NCBI GenBank assembly: GCA_964486045.1
Contig: CAZALK010000004.1
Span: 192,001-256,000, forward strand
Direction: 5' to 3'
DNA: 64,000 nucleotides
Origin: an uncultured archaeon
GTDB taxonomy: Archaea; Asgardarchaeota; Lokiarchaeia; Sigyniarchaeales; SOKP01
Of the stretch, positions 63,452 to 64,000 are shown one piece after another (position 1 is the first letter of the stretch; each line of letters begins with the position of its first letter). Made by a program: the position numbers and the translations under genes. Under the pieces are notes generated by a model that worked only from the letters and a program-made list of their open reading frames with translations, was not told the origin of the DNA and searched no databases.

Positions 63452-64000
63452 ATGAAAATTCATTCTCTCTTTATCCTAAAAAAAACTGGGATTTGTATCT
63501 ATAATCGAAATTTTACCACCGATTTTGAAAATATTGAGGTTAATTTGATTACACCCTTTTTTTCCGCTATTTTTTCTTTTTCTGAGAATGTAATTTCAAA
63601 AAAAACACCTGAAATCCTTGAAATGAGCGAATTAAGATTTGTGTTTAAAATTCATGAAGGCTTTATTTTCACTATCTTATCTGATTCAAGTGCAAGTCTT
63701 ATTTTCGTTAATTCTCGGTTATCAAGGATAATAGACGAGTTTCTTGACTTATTCCCCGATCTAAGCCAGGTTAAAGATTATCAACAAATAGAGGAACCGA
63801 AATTTGATGAACTGGTTGATTCGATAATTACGGGAGAAGAAGAGATATATTTAAGTAAAGTTTTTTTCCAGAAAATAATTGATGTTTTTAAAGCTTTAAT
63901 GTATGAGAACGAAATCGTTGGGGCAGCTCTTCTCTCAATTAAGGGAAACGTTATTTATACTTCACTTCCTAATGAGATACTTGTAAATTCACTTAAAGAA
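63452..64000 (+). CDS. Longin + roadblock-like domain protein; runs off the window edge
   Basis: Not in ORF track. MKIHSLFILKKTGICIYNRNF...LITPFFSAIFSFSE (longin-like), then EIVGAALLSIKGNVIYTSLP (roadblock-like). Confidence 0.75.
   Translation, partial: MKIHSLFILKKTGICIYNRNFTTDFENIEVNLITPFFSAIFSFSENVISKKTPEILEMSELRFVFKIHEGFIFTILSDSSASLIFVNSRLSRIIDEFLDLFPDLSQVKDYQQIEEPKFDELVDSIITGEEEIYLSKVFFQKIIDVFKALMYENEIVGAALLSIKGNVIYTSLPNEILVNSLKE

Noticed and set aside
1-64000. Selenocysteine recoding / SECIS
   Set aside because: No in-frame TGA at a catalytic Cys position was noticed; TGA-ending genes appear complete
1-64000. CRISPR array, integron attC array, IS elements, tRNA/rRNA
   Set aside because: No regularly spaced repeats, terminal inverted repeats, recombinase or structured RNA gene recognised by eye; a covariance search was not possible

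Overview
AT-rich archaeal DNA, most likely Asgard (Lokiarchaeia/Promethearchaeota). This call rests on longin- and roadblock-like proteins and on multicopy TPR and membrane families that I recall as typical of that lineage; it is not a database result. The window is a lipid/acyl-CoA metabolism island built from tandem paralogues: 5 FAD-linked oxidoreductases plus a CCG-domain Fe-S partner, 4 AMP-forming acyl-CoA ligases, 4 crotonases, 2 SCP2-type thiolases (one with a DUF35 partner), 3-hydroxyacyl-CoA dehydrogenase, an AMACR-like CoA-transferase III, 2 ferredoxin-nitroreductases, 2 old yellow enzymes and 2 SDRs. Six PIN-type toxin-antitoxin loci are interspersed; in three the toxin is broken and the antitoxin intact. 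No transposase, integrase, CRISPR, rRNA or tRNA was seen. The spacers hold about a dozen gene remnants missed or only partly shown by the ORF track, including repeated tails of one longin-like gene family that lie next to TA loci or directly behind apparently foreign genes. The best candidates for something new are (i) this MGE-free gene-replacement pattern and (ii) the expanded flavoprotein subfamily with a non-canonical HYW motif inside a possible branched-lipid pathway. Family assignments come from motif recognition only.
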